Below are positions 46,033-54,412 of a DNA stretch of 63,973 bases, piece after piece. Each line of letters opens with the position of its first letter. Position 1 is the first letter of the stretch. This DNA comes from Candidatus Omnitrophota bacterium (GTDB lineage Bacteria; Omnitrophota; Gorgyraeia; Zapsychrales; Zapsychraceae): assembly GCA_016214285.1 (NCBI GenBank), contig JACROV010000012.1, positions 1 through 63,973 on the forward strand. Direction: 5' to 3'. Made by a program: the position numbers and the translations under genes. Below the pieces are notes generated by a model. It was not told where the DNA came from. It did no database searches and saw only the letters and a list, made by a program, of their open reading frames with translations.

Positions 46033-47148
46033 TTACTGATTGACCAATGCGGCCGCCTTTTTTTCGATCGCGTTGAGCAACGCCTCGAACGCGTCCTCAA
46101 AGGCCTTGACCCCGTCGCGCAAAAGGTCTGCGCAGACGCTGTTGATGTCGATCCCCTGGGCCTTCAGGTCGGACAAGATCTTTTTTGATCCGCCGTAAGA
46201 CGAAATGAAAGAGTCCTGAAGCCGGCCGTGGTCAAGGAAGGCCAGCAATGTCTTTTCCGGAAGCGTGTTGACCGTTGGACGCGCGATAAGTTCTGTCACA
46301 TATTTAATGTCGTTGTAGTGAGGGTTTTTGGTGCTCGTCGACCCCCACAGGACGCGCTGCATGTTCGCCCCCTGGCCAGCCAGGGTTTTATAGCGCTGGT
46401 CGTTGACGAAGTTTTGATATTGCTCGAAAATGACCCGGCAATTGGCGACCGCCGCCTTTCCTTCTAATGATCGAAGGTTCTCATCTTTGCCTGCGCGTTT
46501 TTCCAGGATACCATCAATGGTCGTGTCGACGCGGCTCACGAAGACGCTCGCGACCGAGTGGAGTTTGTCGGCCTTGCCTTTATTTTTCAATAATCTCGTG
46601 AGCCCGGCCAGATAGGCTTCGACCGTGAAGACATATTGTTCCAGCGAGAATATCAGAGTGGCATTAACGTTGATGCCGCGGGAGGTCAATTCCTCGATGA
46701 CGCTAAAGCCTTCTCGTGTGGCCGGGACCTTGACCATCAGGTTGGGCCGGCCGACCGCCTGGAATAACCTCACGCCCTCTTTGATCTGCTCATCGATCTT
46801 ATGCGCGATCTTTGGGTTGATCTCCAGGCTCACGTAACCGTCGAGGCCTTTGGTCGCGGTGTAGACCGGTTTAAACAAGTCCGCCGCATCCTGGATGTCG
46901 GCGATGGTCAGCGCGTCGTAAATTTCAAAAGTGGACTTACCCTTCCCTTTTAATCGCGCGATCTTCACGTCGTAATCGTTGCTGGAACTGATCGCCTGGT
47001 TGAAGATCGATGGATTCGAAGTCATGCCGCGTAATCCCTGACTGATCAAATCTTTTAACTTCCCGCCTTCAAGCAGAGGACGGCTGATGTGATCCAGCCA
47101 CGCGCTTTGTCCGTAATCTGCCAGTTGCTGGATGGTCGTTTTAGCCAT
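46033..47148 (-). CDS. tal: Transaldolase (large type)
   Basis: GMTSNPSIF, YVSLEINP, NLMVKVPAT, NATLIFS, SVFVSRVD and LWGSTSTKNP. Confidence 0.95.
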   Translation of the reverse strand: MAKTTIQQLADYGQSAWLDHISRPLLEGGKLKDLISQGLRGMTSNPSIFNQAISSSNDYDVKIARLKGKGKSTFEIYDALTIADIQDAADLFKPVYTATKGLDGYVSLEINPKIAHKIDEQIKEGVRLFQAVGRPNLMVKVPATREGFSVIEELTSRGINVNATLIFSLEQYVFTVEAYLAGLTRLLKNKGKADKLHSVASVFVSRVDTTIDGILEKRAGKDENLRSLEGKAAVANCRVIFEQYQNFVNDQRYKTLAGQGANMQRVLWGSTSTKNPHYNDIKYVTELIARPTVNTLPEKTLLAFLDHGRLQDSFISSYGGSKKILSDLKAQGIDINSVCADLLRDGVKAFEDAFEALLNAIEKKAAALVNQ

Positions 47149-48106
47149 GAGGTGTTACCTCTTGCCTTTTTCGTTTTATAGCTTTCTTCGCCGCTGTGAC
47201 GATATCGACGTCTTTTAAATGATAGGCTTTTAATAATTCCTGCGGCGAACCGGATTCGCCGAAGGTGTCGCGCACTGCCACCATTTCCATGGGGACCGGA
47301 TACTGCCGGACCAAAACTTCCGCGATCGCGCTTCCCAATCCGCCGTTGATCTGGTGTTCCTCGGCGCTGACAATAGCCCCGGTCTCTTTGGCGCAGCGGA
47401 TGATCATATCTTCATCGATGGGTTTGATGGTGTGCATGTTGACGACCCGGGCGCTGATCTTTTCTTTTCCCAGGGTCTCGGCCGCCTGCAGGGCCTCGGA
47501 AACCATCGTCCCGCAGCCGAAGATCGTCACGTCTTTACCTTCCCGAAGGACATTGGCTTTGCCGATCCTGAACGGGTCGGATTCTTTGGTCAGCACGGGT
47601 AATGGCGCCCGGCCGGTGCGCAGGTACATCGGTCCTTTGGCGGCGGCGATGGCGCGGGTGGCCTTTTGCGCTTCGATGGTGTCCACCGGACAGATGACCA
47701 CCATATTGGGCAACACGCGCATGAGGGCCAGGTCTTCCAGACATTGCGCGGACGCGCCGTCCTCACCAACGGTGAGCCCCGCGTGAGAGCAGATGACCTT
47801 TACGTTGCAATTATTGTAGCAGAGGTCCATCCTCAGCATGTCATACGCGCGGTTGGTCAGAAAAACGGCGAAGGAATTGATAAAGGGAATAAATCCCATC
47901 AGGCTCAATCCCGCGGCCGTGCCGACCATGTCCTGTTCGGCGATGCCCATCGAAAAAAATCGGCCGGGGAACGCTGTTTTAAAATATTCCGCGCGGGTGG
48001 CGTCCTCCAGGTCGGCGGAAACGACCACGATCCGGTCGCTGGATTTACCGAGCCTGACCAGTTCTTCCCCGAATCCATCACGCGTGGCGATCAGTGTTGT
48101 GTTCAT
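47141..48106 (-). CDS. Transketolase, C-terminal subunit
   Basis: GIAEQDMVG, GEDGASAQ, YLRTGR and EEHQINGGLG. Confidence 0.93.
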   Translation of the reverse strand: MNTTLIATRDGFGEELVRLGKSSDRIVVVSADLEDATRAEYFKTAFPGRFFSMGIAEQDMVGTAAGLSLMGFIPFINSFAVFLTNRAYDMLRMDLCYNNCNVKVICSHAGLTVGEDGASAQCLEDLALMRVLPNMVVICPVDTIEAQKATRAIAAAKGPMYLRTGRAPLPVLTKESDPFRIGKANVLREGKDVTIFGCGTMVSEALQAAETLGKEKISARVVNMHTIKPIDEDMIIRCAKETGAIVSAEEHQINGGLGSAIAEVLVRQYPVPMEMVAVRDTFGESGSPQELLKAYHLKDVDIVTAAKKAIKRKRQEVTPHG

Positions 48107-48114
48107 GTTTTCCT

Positions 48115-48215
48115 AATGCTAAAATTTTTAATCCAAATGTTCAAAACAGATTGTTTAATGCTTTAGATTTTGAGTTTTTTATTTGTTTCGTATTTCGTAT
48201 TTCGTGCTTCGAATT
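48115..48215. repeat. Partial heptamer repeat H11 (mainly the TTCG arm)
   Basis: atttgtttcgtatttcgtatttcgtgcttcgaattt, matching the right arms of H3, H5 and H14. Confidence 0.75.
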
Positions 48216-48221
48216 TAACCG

Positions 48222-49043
48222 TCATTTAAGCTGTTCCAACGCTTTGTTCAATTGTTCCGCGTTAGGGGCTTTGCCGTGCCACTTGTGGTCGCCTTCCATA
48301 AAGGAAACGCCTTTGCCCTTGATGGTGTGGGCGATGATGACCGAAGGCCGATCCCGCGCGTCGGCCGCCTCATCCAGCGCCTTAAAAAGTTGCTGAAAGT
48401 CGTGCCCGTCGACTTCGATCGCGTGCCAGCCGAAACCGCGCCATTTTTCGATCAGCGGCTCGAGATTTTTGATGGTATTGACCGGGCCGTTCTCCTGGAC
48501 TTTGTTGTAATCCACGATGGCGCAGACGCGATCAAGCTTGTAATGGGCGCCGGCCATGGCCGCCTCCCAGATAGAGCCTTCCTGGAGTTCCCCGTCCCCT
48601 AAAAGACAGTATGCCTGAAAATTTTTATTCAGCAGCCGCGCGCCGAGGGCGATGCCGTTGGCGACGGATAAGCCATGTCCGAGAGAACCGGTGTTGAATT
48701 CCACCCCGGGAACTTTATTGTGGACGTGGCCCTGCAAACGGCTGTTCATTTTTCGAAATGTCTGCAATTCTTCTTTAGGGAAATACCCGCAATCGGCCAG
48801 GACAACATACACTCCGGGAGTGATGTGGCCTTTGGAGACGATCAAGCGGTCTCTGTCCTCCCATTTGGGGTCTTTGGGACGGTGATTCATTTTGTAGTGA
48901 TAGAGGCTTAAGAGGATCTCCACCGCGGAAAGGGAGCCGCCGGGATGTCCGGAGCCGGCGCGGTGAAGCGTTTCCAAGATCTCCCGGCGGATCAGGACCG
49001 CTTTCGCGCGCAGGACCTGGATATTGATATTTTTCGTGGACAT
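48222..49043 (-). CDS. Transketolase, N-terminal (TPP-binding) subunit
   Basis: GHPGGSLS, SKGH, LQGH, GSLGHG and GDGELQEG. Confidence 0.95.
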   Translation of the reverse strand: MSTKNINIQVLRAKAVLIRREILETLHRAGSGHPGGSLSAVEILLSLYHYKMNHRPKDPKWEDRDRLIVSKGHITPGVYVVLADCGYFPKEELQTFRKMNSRLQGHVHNKVPGVEFNTGSLGHGLSVANGIALGARLLNKNFQAYCLLGDGELQEGSIWEAAMAGAHYKLDRVCAIVDYNKVQENGPVNTIKNLEPLIEKWRGFGWHAIEVDGHDFQQLFKALDEAADARDRPSVIIAHTIKGKGVSFMEGDHKWHGKAPNAEQLNKALEQLK

Positions 49044-49200
49044 ATTGCTAATGAATTTAGCGCGGATAATCTTTTACGTCAAGACCATAGTTTATTATTC
49101 ATTGTGAATACCACTGGACTTCACAATTAAATTTTGCTATAAAACTTGGGCATAAAGATATCATTTTGGGCCACCAAGGCCTGCCAGCGGCAGGCCGCAG

Positions 49201-49293
49201 TCCCGAGTGACTATCGGATGAAGTACTGGTCACGAGGGATAGTTCATGCGGGGCCATCCCTCGTTGCCGTATATAAACGAAGTCAACTCGGGA
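49201..49293. ncRNA. Candidate structured RNA (rod with a central bubble)
   Basis: Nested stems TCCCGAGT/ACTCGGGA, GAC/GTC and CGAGGGAT/ATCCCTCG in intergenic DNA; no family recognised. Confidence 0.4.
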
Positions 49294-49336
49294 TAGGCAC
49301 CAAAATTTTTTTGGTATAAAAAATTTAGGAAATTTT

Positions 49337-49409
49337 GGGCCACTAGCTCATCTGGTAGAGCAACTGACTCTTAATCAGTGGGTGGCAGGTTCAAGTCCTG
49401 CGTGGCCCA
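49337..49409 (+). tRNA. tRNA-Lys (anticodon CTT); CCA not encoded
   Basis: Acceptor GGGCCAC/GTGGCCC, D-arm GCTC/GAGC, anticodon stem ACTGA/TCAGT with loop CTCTTAA, T-loop GGTTCAAGTCC. Confidence 0.97.
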
Positions 49410-49416
49410 TTTTTTC

Positions 49417-49947
49417 TTAAACTCCGCTGGATCCCGCCATCAGTGCCAGCAAAATCCCCATAAAGAGCATTTGAATGAGCCATCCGATCGCGCACACTCC
49501 CACCGCGCGGGCGGTGCTTTGATAGTCAAGCGCCTGGCGCACGGCGATGATCATCGCCACCAGCATCCAGATCCCCGTGACCATAAAGACAAGGTTTGTC
49601 AGGAAGGGAATAATACCCAGAACGCGCAATATCCCCGGCGCGCTGGAGAATCCGACGGTGCGCAGCATCTGCCCGTAATCGGTTTTGGTTTCTTTTTCCG
49701 GCAGAAGTTTGGTCCCGATCCAGTAAGTCATAAACGCCCAGATGTACCAGCCGATCAAAGCACCGATGGTGATCAAAATTAAATTCGGGCGTCCTATCAT
49801 TCCAACGCTGCCGATACCCGCGGCGACACTTGAGAGGACGACCACCAGCATCGCCTGATTCATCGCCGTTGTGTCTGTCTCCACTTCCTCGTAAAGATGC
49901 GGGTCGAGTTTTGCCGCGCGAAGCATCCGGTCTGCCAATTTTCCCAT
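49417..49947 (-). CDS. Yip1-like membrane protein
   Basis: YEEVETD..A..QA, five TMs, LRTVGFSSAPG and AVRQALDY. Confidence 0.75.
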   Translation of the reverse strand: MGKLADRMLRAAKLDPHLYEEVETDTTAMNQAMLVVVLSSVAAGIGSVGMIGRPNLILITIGALIGWYIWAFMTYWIGTKLLPEKETKTDYGQMLRTVGFSSAPGILRVLGIIPFLTNLVFMVTGIWMLVAMIIAVRQALDYQSTARAVGVCAIGWLIQMLFMGILLALMAGSSGV

Positions 49948-50045
49948 TTTGACCTCCTTGTGATGAATAAGGGTTGGAAACTATAAAATCATTGTAAATG
50001 CGATGAGAAAGGTCTACAAGTCAAATTTCTGGTAGTTCTGGTAGT

Positions 50046-50768
50046 TCATCCGGCAATCTCGAGAGTTACATTCGGCAGTTTCCGGAAATGCTGCAAACAT
50101 TCCTTTTCGGCGCTTGATAGCCGGTTTTCCTCTTGTGTAACCGAAAATGATTTTTGGATCTCCTGTTTGAGCGCGTCGGCCGTAGCGGGAATATTGGCCA
50201 CAAAGTCTGAATGTGAACGGTTTTGACGGTATTCCGGGACATCTTTGGGCATGGTCAGGTAGTTTTCGATTTTTTTCAGGTCGAACCCATAGAGCAGTGT
50301 CCCGTGATGCAGGACGAATTTTTTGGAGCGCTTTTGGGCATTACCGGAAATTTTTTTGTTATTCTGGGTCAAGGCGATGTCGGACAACGGGCGGCATACG
50401 GCGTCGACCTTCAGGACTTTTAGGGCGGTAATGATGCGTCCCAGAATGAATTGGTATGATCGGCGCAGGTCATGGATCTCCGGACGCTCTTTGGATAAAA
50501 CCAGCGTGTAATTCAGGCACCCTTTCCCCTGCAGGACCGTTCCCCCGCCGGATGACCGGCGCAAGACCGGGATCCGGTCAGCGAGGACTTTTTCAACGCG
50601 CAAGTCCACGGCCGGATCCCCGATGCGTCCAAGCACAATGAACAGTTCTTGCGATTCCCAGAAACGCAAGGCCTCCCCCGCGCTTCCTTGTTCGGCCAAT
50701 TCCAGAAGGACGTTATCGTACAGGATGTTTTCCTGCGGGGTGGGGAACGTGATGTCTTTGAAAATCAT
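50046..50768 (-). CDS. lplA: Lipoate-protein ligase family protein
   Basis: RRSSGGGTV, KKISGNAQ and HHGTLL; next to the gcv genes. Confidence 0.88.
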   Translation of the reverse strand: MIFKDITFPTPQENILYDNVLLELAEQGSAGEALRFWESQELFIVLGRIGDPAVDLRVEKVLADRIPVLRRSSGGGTVLQGKGCLNYTLVLSKERPEIHDLRRSYQFILGRIITALKVLKVDAVCRPLSDIALTQNNKKISGNAQKRSKKFVLHHGTLLYGFDLKKIENYLTMPKDVPEYRQNRSHSDFVANIPATADALKQEIQKSFSVTQEENRLSSAEKECLQHFRKLPNVTLEIAG

Positions 50769-50771
50769 ATA

Positions 50772-50852
50772 GGTTATCCGGGGATCAGGGAATCCGGAGA
50801 TCAGGAAACAAGTTCATTCCGGATATCCTGATATCCTGATGTCCGGATATCC
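50772..50852. repeat. Heptamer-periodic repeat H12 (GGATATC type), overlapping the gcvPB 3' end
   Basis: ggttatccggggatcagggaatccggagatcagg ... ccggatatcctgatatcctgatgtccggatatcc. Confidence 0.75.
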
Positions 50853-52306
50853 TTTTGCGTTAGGAAGTAGTTTGTGCTCACATCCCGCGCGGCTTTGACT
50901 TCATCGGGACGGGAGACCGGTGTCGATTGTGGCCGGCCGGCCACAATCTCGGGTTGTGTTTTGCTAAGATCGTCGATCTTGAGCATAACATCGATGAAAT
51001 GGTCGAGCGTTTGTTTGGATTCGCTTTCGGTCGGTTCGATCATGATGGATTCCTTGACGGTCAGCGGAAAATAGATCGTCGGTGGATGGATCCCTTCATC
51101 GATGAGGAATTTGGCGATGTCGAGGGCATGCACGCCGCGTTTGGCCTGACGAGCCGCCGAGAACACCGCCTCGTGCATGCAGAACCGGTCGAAGGCGAGC
51201 TCGAAGCGGTCTTTGAGCCGTTCGCGGATGTAGTTGGCGCTAAGGACCGCGTGGTCGGTCGTTTCCTTCAAACCTTCTTTACCTAATAACAACGTGTACG
51301 CGTAAGCTCTTAAAATAATGGCGAAGTTGCCGTAGAACGACGCGATATACCCGATCGATTCCGGATAATCATAATTGAGCGCGTAGGAACCGTCTTCTTT
51401 TTTGATGACACGGGATACGGGCAAGTATGGGACGAGTTTTTTGTTCACGCCCACCGGACCGGCCCCGGGCCCGCCGCCGCCGTGCGGCGTGGAAAATGTT
51501 TTATGCAGGTTGATGTGCATCACGTCGAAGCCGACGTCCCCGGGGCGGAAGCGTCCCAGGACGGCGTTAAGGTTGGCGCCGTCGTAATACATGATCCCGT
51601 CGACGGAATGGACCAGCCGCGCGATCTCGTCGATCTGCGAGTGGAAGATGCCGTGCGTGTCGGGGCAGGTGATCATCAGTCCCGCCACCTCGTCGTTTAA
51701 TTTCTTTTTGAGTTCCTCGAGGTTCATCACGCCGTTTTTGTCCGAGGCCACCGAGATGATCCCGTAGCCGGCGATCGCCGCGGTCGCGGGGTTGGTCCCG
51801 TGGGCGGAATCCGGGATGATGATGTATTTCTTTTTATTGCCCCTGGCCTTGTGATAGGCGGCCATCATCATGACCCCGGTCAGTTCCCCGTGCGCGCCGG
51901 CCAAAGGCTGCATGGTGAAATTGTCCATGCCGGTAATTTCGCAGAGCAATTGTTCCATTTCATAAAGGACTTCGAGTGCTCCCTGCGCCAGCTTTTCTCC
52001 TTGCTTTAATTGCGGCAAAAGCGGATGGAGTCCGGCGAAGGCGGGCATTTGCGCGATGTGTTCATTGAATTTGGGATTATATTTCATGGTGCAGGAGCCC
52101 AGTGGATAAAATTGCGTGTCCACGGAAAAATTCTGCTGGGAAAGCAAAGTGAAATGACGCACCACGTCGAGTTCGCTCACCTCGGGCAACCCGCATTCCT
52201 GTTTGCGTTGATATTTTTCCGGGACCTGGATATGGACGTCGATATCCGGGGAAGGATTGCGGTATCCCCTTTTTCCCGGAACGCTCTTTTCGAAGATCAA
52301 TTGCAT
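50801..52306 (-). CDS. gcvPB: Glycine dehydrogenase subunit 2
   Basis: YPLGSCTMKYNP, AGAHGE, SAHGTNPA, LHKTFSTPHGGGGPG and EPTESES. Confidence 0.96.
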   Translation of the reverse strand: MQLIFEKSVPGKRGYRNPSPDIDVHIQVPEKYQRKQECGLPEVSELDVVRHFTLLSQQNFSVDTQFYPLGSCTMKYNPKFNEHIAQMPAFAGLHPLLPQLKQGEKLAQGALEVLYEMEQLLCEITGMDNFTMQPLAGAHGELTGVMMMAAYHKARGNKKKYIIIPDSAHGTNPATAAIAGYGIISVASDKNGVMNLEELKKKLNDEVAGLMITCPDTHGIFHSQIDEIARLVHSVDGIMYYDGANLNAVLGRFRPGDVGFDVMHINLHKTFSTPHGGGGPGAGPVGVNKKLVPYLPVSRVIKKEDGSYALNYDYPESIGYIASFYGNFAIILRAYAYTLLLGKEGLKETTDHAVLSANYIRERLKDRFELAFDRFCMHEAVFSAARQAKRGVHALDIAKFLIDEGIHPPTIYFPLTVKESIMIEPTESESKQTLDHFIDVMLKIDDLSKTQPEIVAGRPQSTPVSRPDEVKAARDVSTNYFLTQKDIRTSGYQDIRNELVS

Positions 52307-52314
52307 GGAGCCTT

Positions 52315-52468
52315 ATATTTCAAATCCCAAGCACCAAATTACAAACAATAGACAATCCCAAAATAACAATGACCAAAACATTGTTGCCTTCATCGAGGTT
52401 TAGGATTTTGGTAATTAGGTATTGTAATTTGTTTGTGGTTTGGAATTTGTTTATTGGAATATTTACCA
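52315..52468. repeat. Heptamer-periodic inverted repeat H13 (CAAA/TTTG type)
   Basis: ttcaaa tcccaag caccaaa ttacaaa ... tttgttt gtggttt ggaattt gtttatt gg; arms similar to H2. Confidence 0.85.
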
Positions 52469-52469
52469 T

Positions 52470-53816
52470 TTAGTGGATAACTTCCCTTAAAGCCTTTGCG
52501 TATGCCAAGATTTCTTCCTTGGTCCGCTTCTCGGTCACGGCCACGATCATGTAGTTCTCCATGCCCGGATAATACCGGCCCAGGGGGAATCCGGCCGCGA
52601 AGCCTTTGGTGATCATCGCTTCCACGACCTGCGAAGCGTCTTTGGGCAAGACGACCGTAAATTCATTGAAGGTCGGCGAAGAACGTTTGACCGCCACACC
52701 GGGGATCTTTTCGATCTCTTGCCGGGCAAATTCGGCCTTGTCCAAATTTAACTGGGCCAGTTCTTTGAGCCCTTCTTTTCCCAGAAGCGACATGTAGATC
52801 AGCGACTGCACCGCGCACAATGAAACGTTCGTGCAGATGTTTGACGCCGCTTTTTCGCGGCGGATGTGCTGTTCCCTGGCCTGGAGCGTGTTGACGAAAC
52901 AGCGCTTGCCGTTTTTGTCGACCGTCTGGCCGACAATGCGTCCGGGCATGGCGCGGATGAATTTTTTGCGCGTGGCGATGATCCCCAGATACGGCCCGCC
53001 GAAATTAAGCGGCAGGCCGAGGCTCTGACCCTCGCCGGTGGCGATGTCCGCGCCCATTTCCCCGGGGGTTTTCAGGATTCCCAGCGAGAGCGGATAAACG
53101 CTTTCGATAACGAGCGCGCCTTGTTCATGCGCCTTGATTACGATGTCCGCGTGATCGTCAATGGCGCCGAAAAAATTCGGATTCTGCAAAATGACCGCGG
53201 CCGTATCGTTATCCAGCAGTTTTCTGATCTGCGGACGGTCGCTTTGCCCGTGGACAACGGGGGTTTCGGTAAATTCATAGTGAAGATTGCTTGTGTAGGT
53301 CTTGAGGATCTTCCGGTAAATGGGGCTTACGCCGCCATCCATGATGATCTTGTGCCGGCCGGTCAGGCGCGCCGCCATCATCGCGGCTTCGTAAAGGGCC
53401 GTGCCACCGTCGTAAAGCGAGGCGTTGGCCACTTCCATTCCGGTCAAGGTGCAGATAGCGCTTTGATATTCATACAAAGCCTGCAATGTCCCTTGCGAGC
53501 ATTCCGGCTGATACGGGGTGTAAGCGGTCGCAAATTCTCCCCGGGAGATCAGGGCCGTCACCGCGGCCGGGATAAAATGGTCGTAATATCCTCCGCCGAT
53601 AAAAGGGATCAGCCCCGCGGCGTTTTTGGCCGCCAGGCGGCTGAGATGTTCGGTTACTTCAAATTCGGATTTGCCGGAAGGAATATTGAAAGACTTCGGG
53701 GCGTGGGAACGCTTGATATCGGCGAACAGTTCATCTATCGATGAAACGCCGATCGTTTTTAACATTGCCTCAACATCTGCGGGGGTATTGGCGATGAACG
53801 AAGCCACAGGGACCAC
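52470..53816 (-). CDS. gcvPA: Glycine dehydrogenase subunit 1
   Basis: YTPYQPECSQG, NASLYDG, GEGQSLG, FGGP and REQHIRREKA. Confidence 0.96.
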   Translation of the reverse strand: MVPVASFIANTPADVEAMLKTIGVSSIDELFADIKRSHAPKSFNIPSGKSEFEVTEHLSRLAAKNAAGLIPFIGGGYYDHFIPAAVTALISRGEFATAYTPYQPECSQGTLQALYEYQSAICTLTGMEVANASLYDGGTALYEAAMMAARLTGRHKIIMDGGVSPIYRKILKTYTSNLHYEFTETPVVHGQSDRPQIRKLLDNDTAAVILQNPNFFGAIDDHADIVIKAHEQGALVIESVYPLSLGILKTPGEMGADIATGEGQSLGLPLNFGGPYLGIIATRKKFIRAMPGRIVGQTVDKNGKRCFVNTLQAREQHIRREKAASNICTNVSLCAVQSLIYMSLLGKEGLKELAQLNLDKAEFARQEIEKIPGVAVKRSSPTFNEFTVVLPKDASQVVEAMITKGFAAGFPLGRYYPGMENYMIVAVTEKRTKEEILAYAKALREVIH

Positions 53817-53822
53817 CTTGAT

Positions 53823-54209
53823 TTAGCCGATGCTTTCCAAAAATTTTTGATATTCTTCAGCGGTCATGAGGTTGGAGGCCTCTTCCTTGTCTGACATCTG
53901 GACTTTGGCGAGCCACCCTTTTTCGAAAGCGGATTTATTGATGATGCCGGGGTCGGATTCCAGGCGGGTATTGACTTCGATGACTTTGCCGGAGACGGGT
54001 GCGAAAATATCGTTGGCCGCTTTCACGGATTCTATCGACGCGAATTCCTCGAATTGTTCGACCTCGCCCCCGACTTCGGGAAGCTCCACGAAGGTGATGT
54101 CCCCCAACGCTTCCTGCGCGTAATCGGTGATGCCGGTGGTGGCGATATTGTCTTCAATGCTCACCCACTCGTGTTCTTTTGTGTACAGGTAGTGATCAAC
54201 GACTTCCAT
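53823..54209 (-). CDS. gcvH: Glycine cleavage H protein
   Basis: YTKEHEW, GITDYAQEALGDI, ESVKA (lipoyl Lys). Confidence 0.97.
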   Translation of the reverse strand: MEVVDHYLYTKEHEWVSIEDNIATTGITDYAQEALGDITFVELPEVGGEVEQFEEFASIESVKAANDIFAPVSGKVIEVNTRLESDPGIINKSAFEKGWLAKVQMSDKEEASNLMTAEEYQKFLESIG

Positions 54210-54244
54210 TGTGTTGCTCCTTTATATTGTAAATCTAGTTTAAT

Positions 54245-54410
54245 TTTAAAATCCGAAGCACGAATATCGTCAGCCAGAGGCTGATCCGCATTAGGCGGAA
54301 AATCCGAAACAAATCCAAAATTTTAAATCCAAAGCGATAAACGTTTACGTATTTGAATTTTTGATTTAGATATTGTTTCGTATTTCGCGCTTCGTATTTC
54401 GTGCTTCAGA
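54245..54410. repeat. Heptamer inverted repeat H14 (CGAA type) with a nested 30-bp GC-rich cassette at 54270-54299
   Basis: aaatccgaagcacgaatatcg[tcagccagaggctgatccgcattaggcgga]aaatccgaaacaaat ... gtttcgtatttcgcgcttcgtatttcgtgcttc. Confidence 0.85.
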
Positions 54411-54412
54411 CT

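Noticed and set aside
7580-54410. Heptamer arrays or the fadB tandem units as CRISPR arrays
   Set aside because: There is no constant 25-45-bp repeat with unique spacers, and no cas genes.
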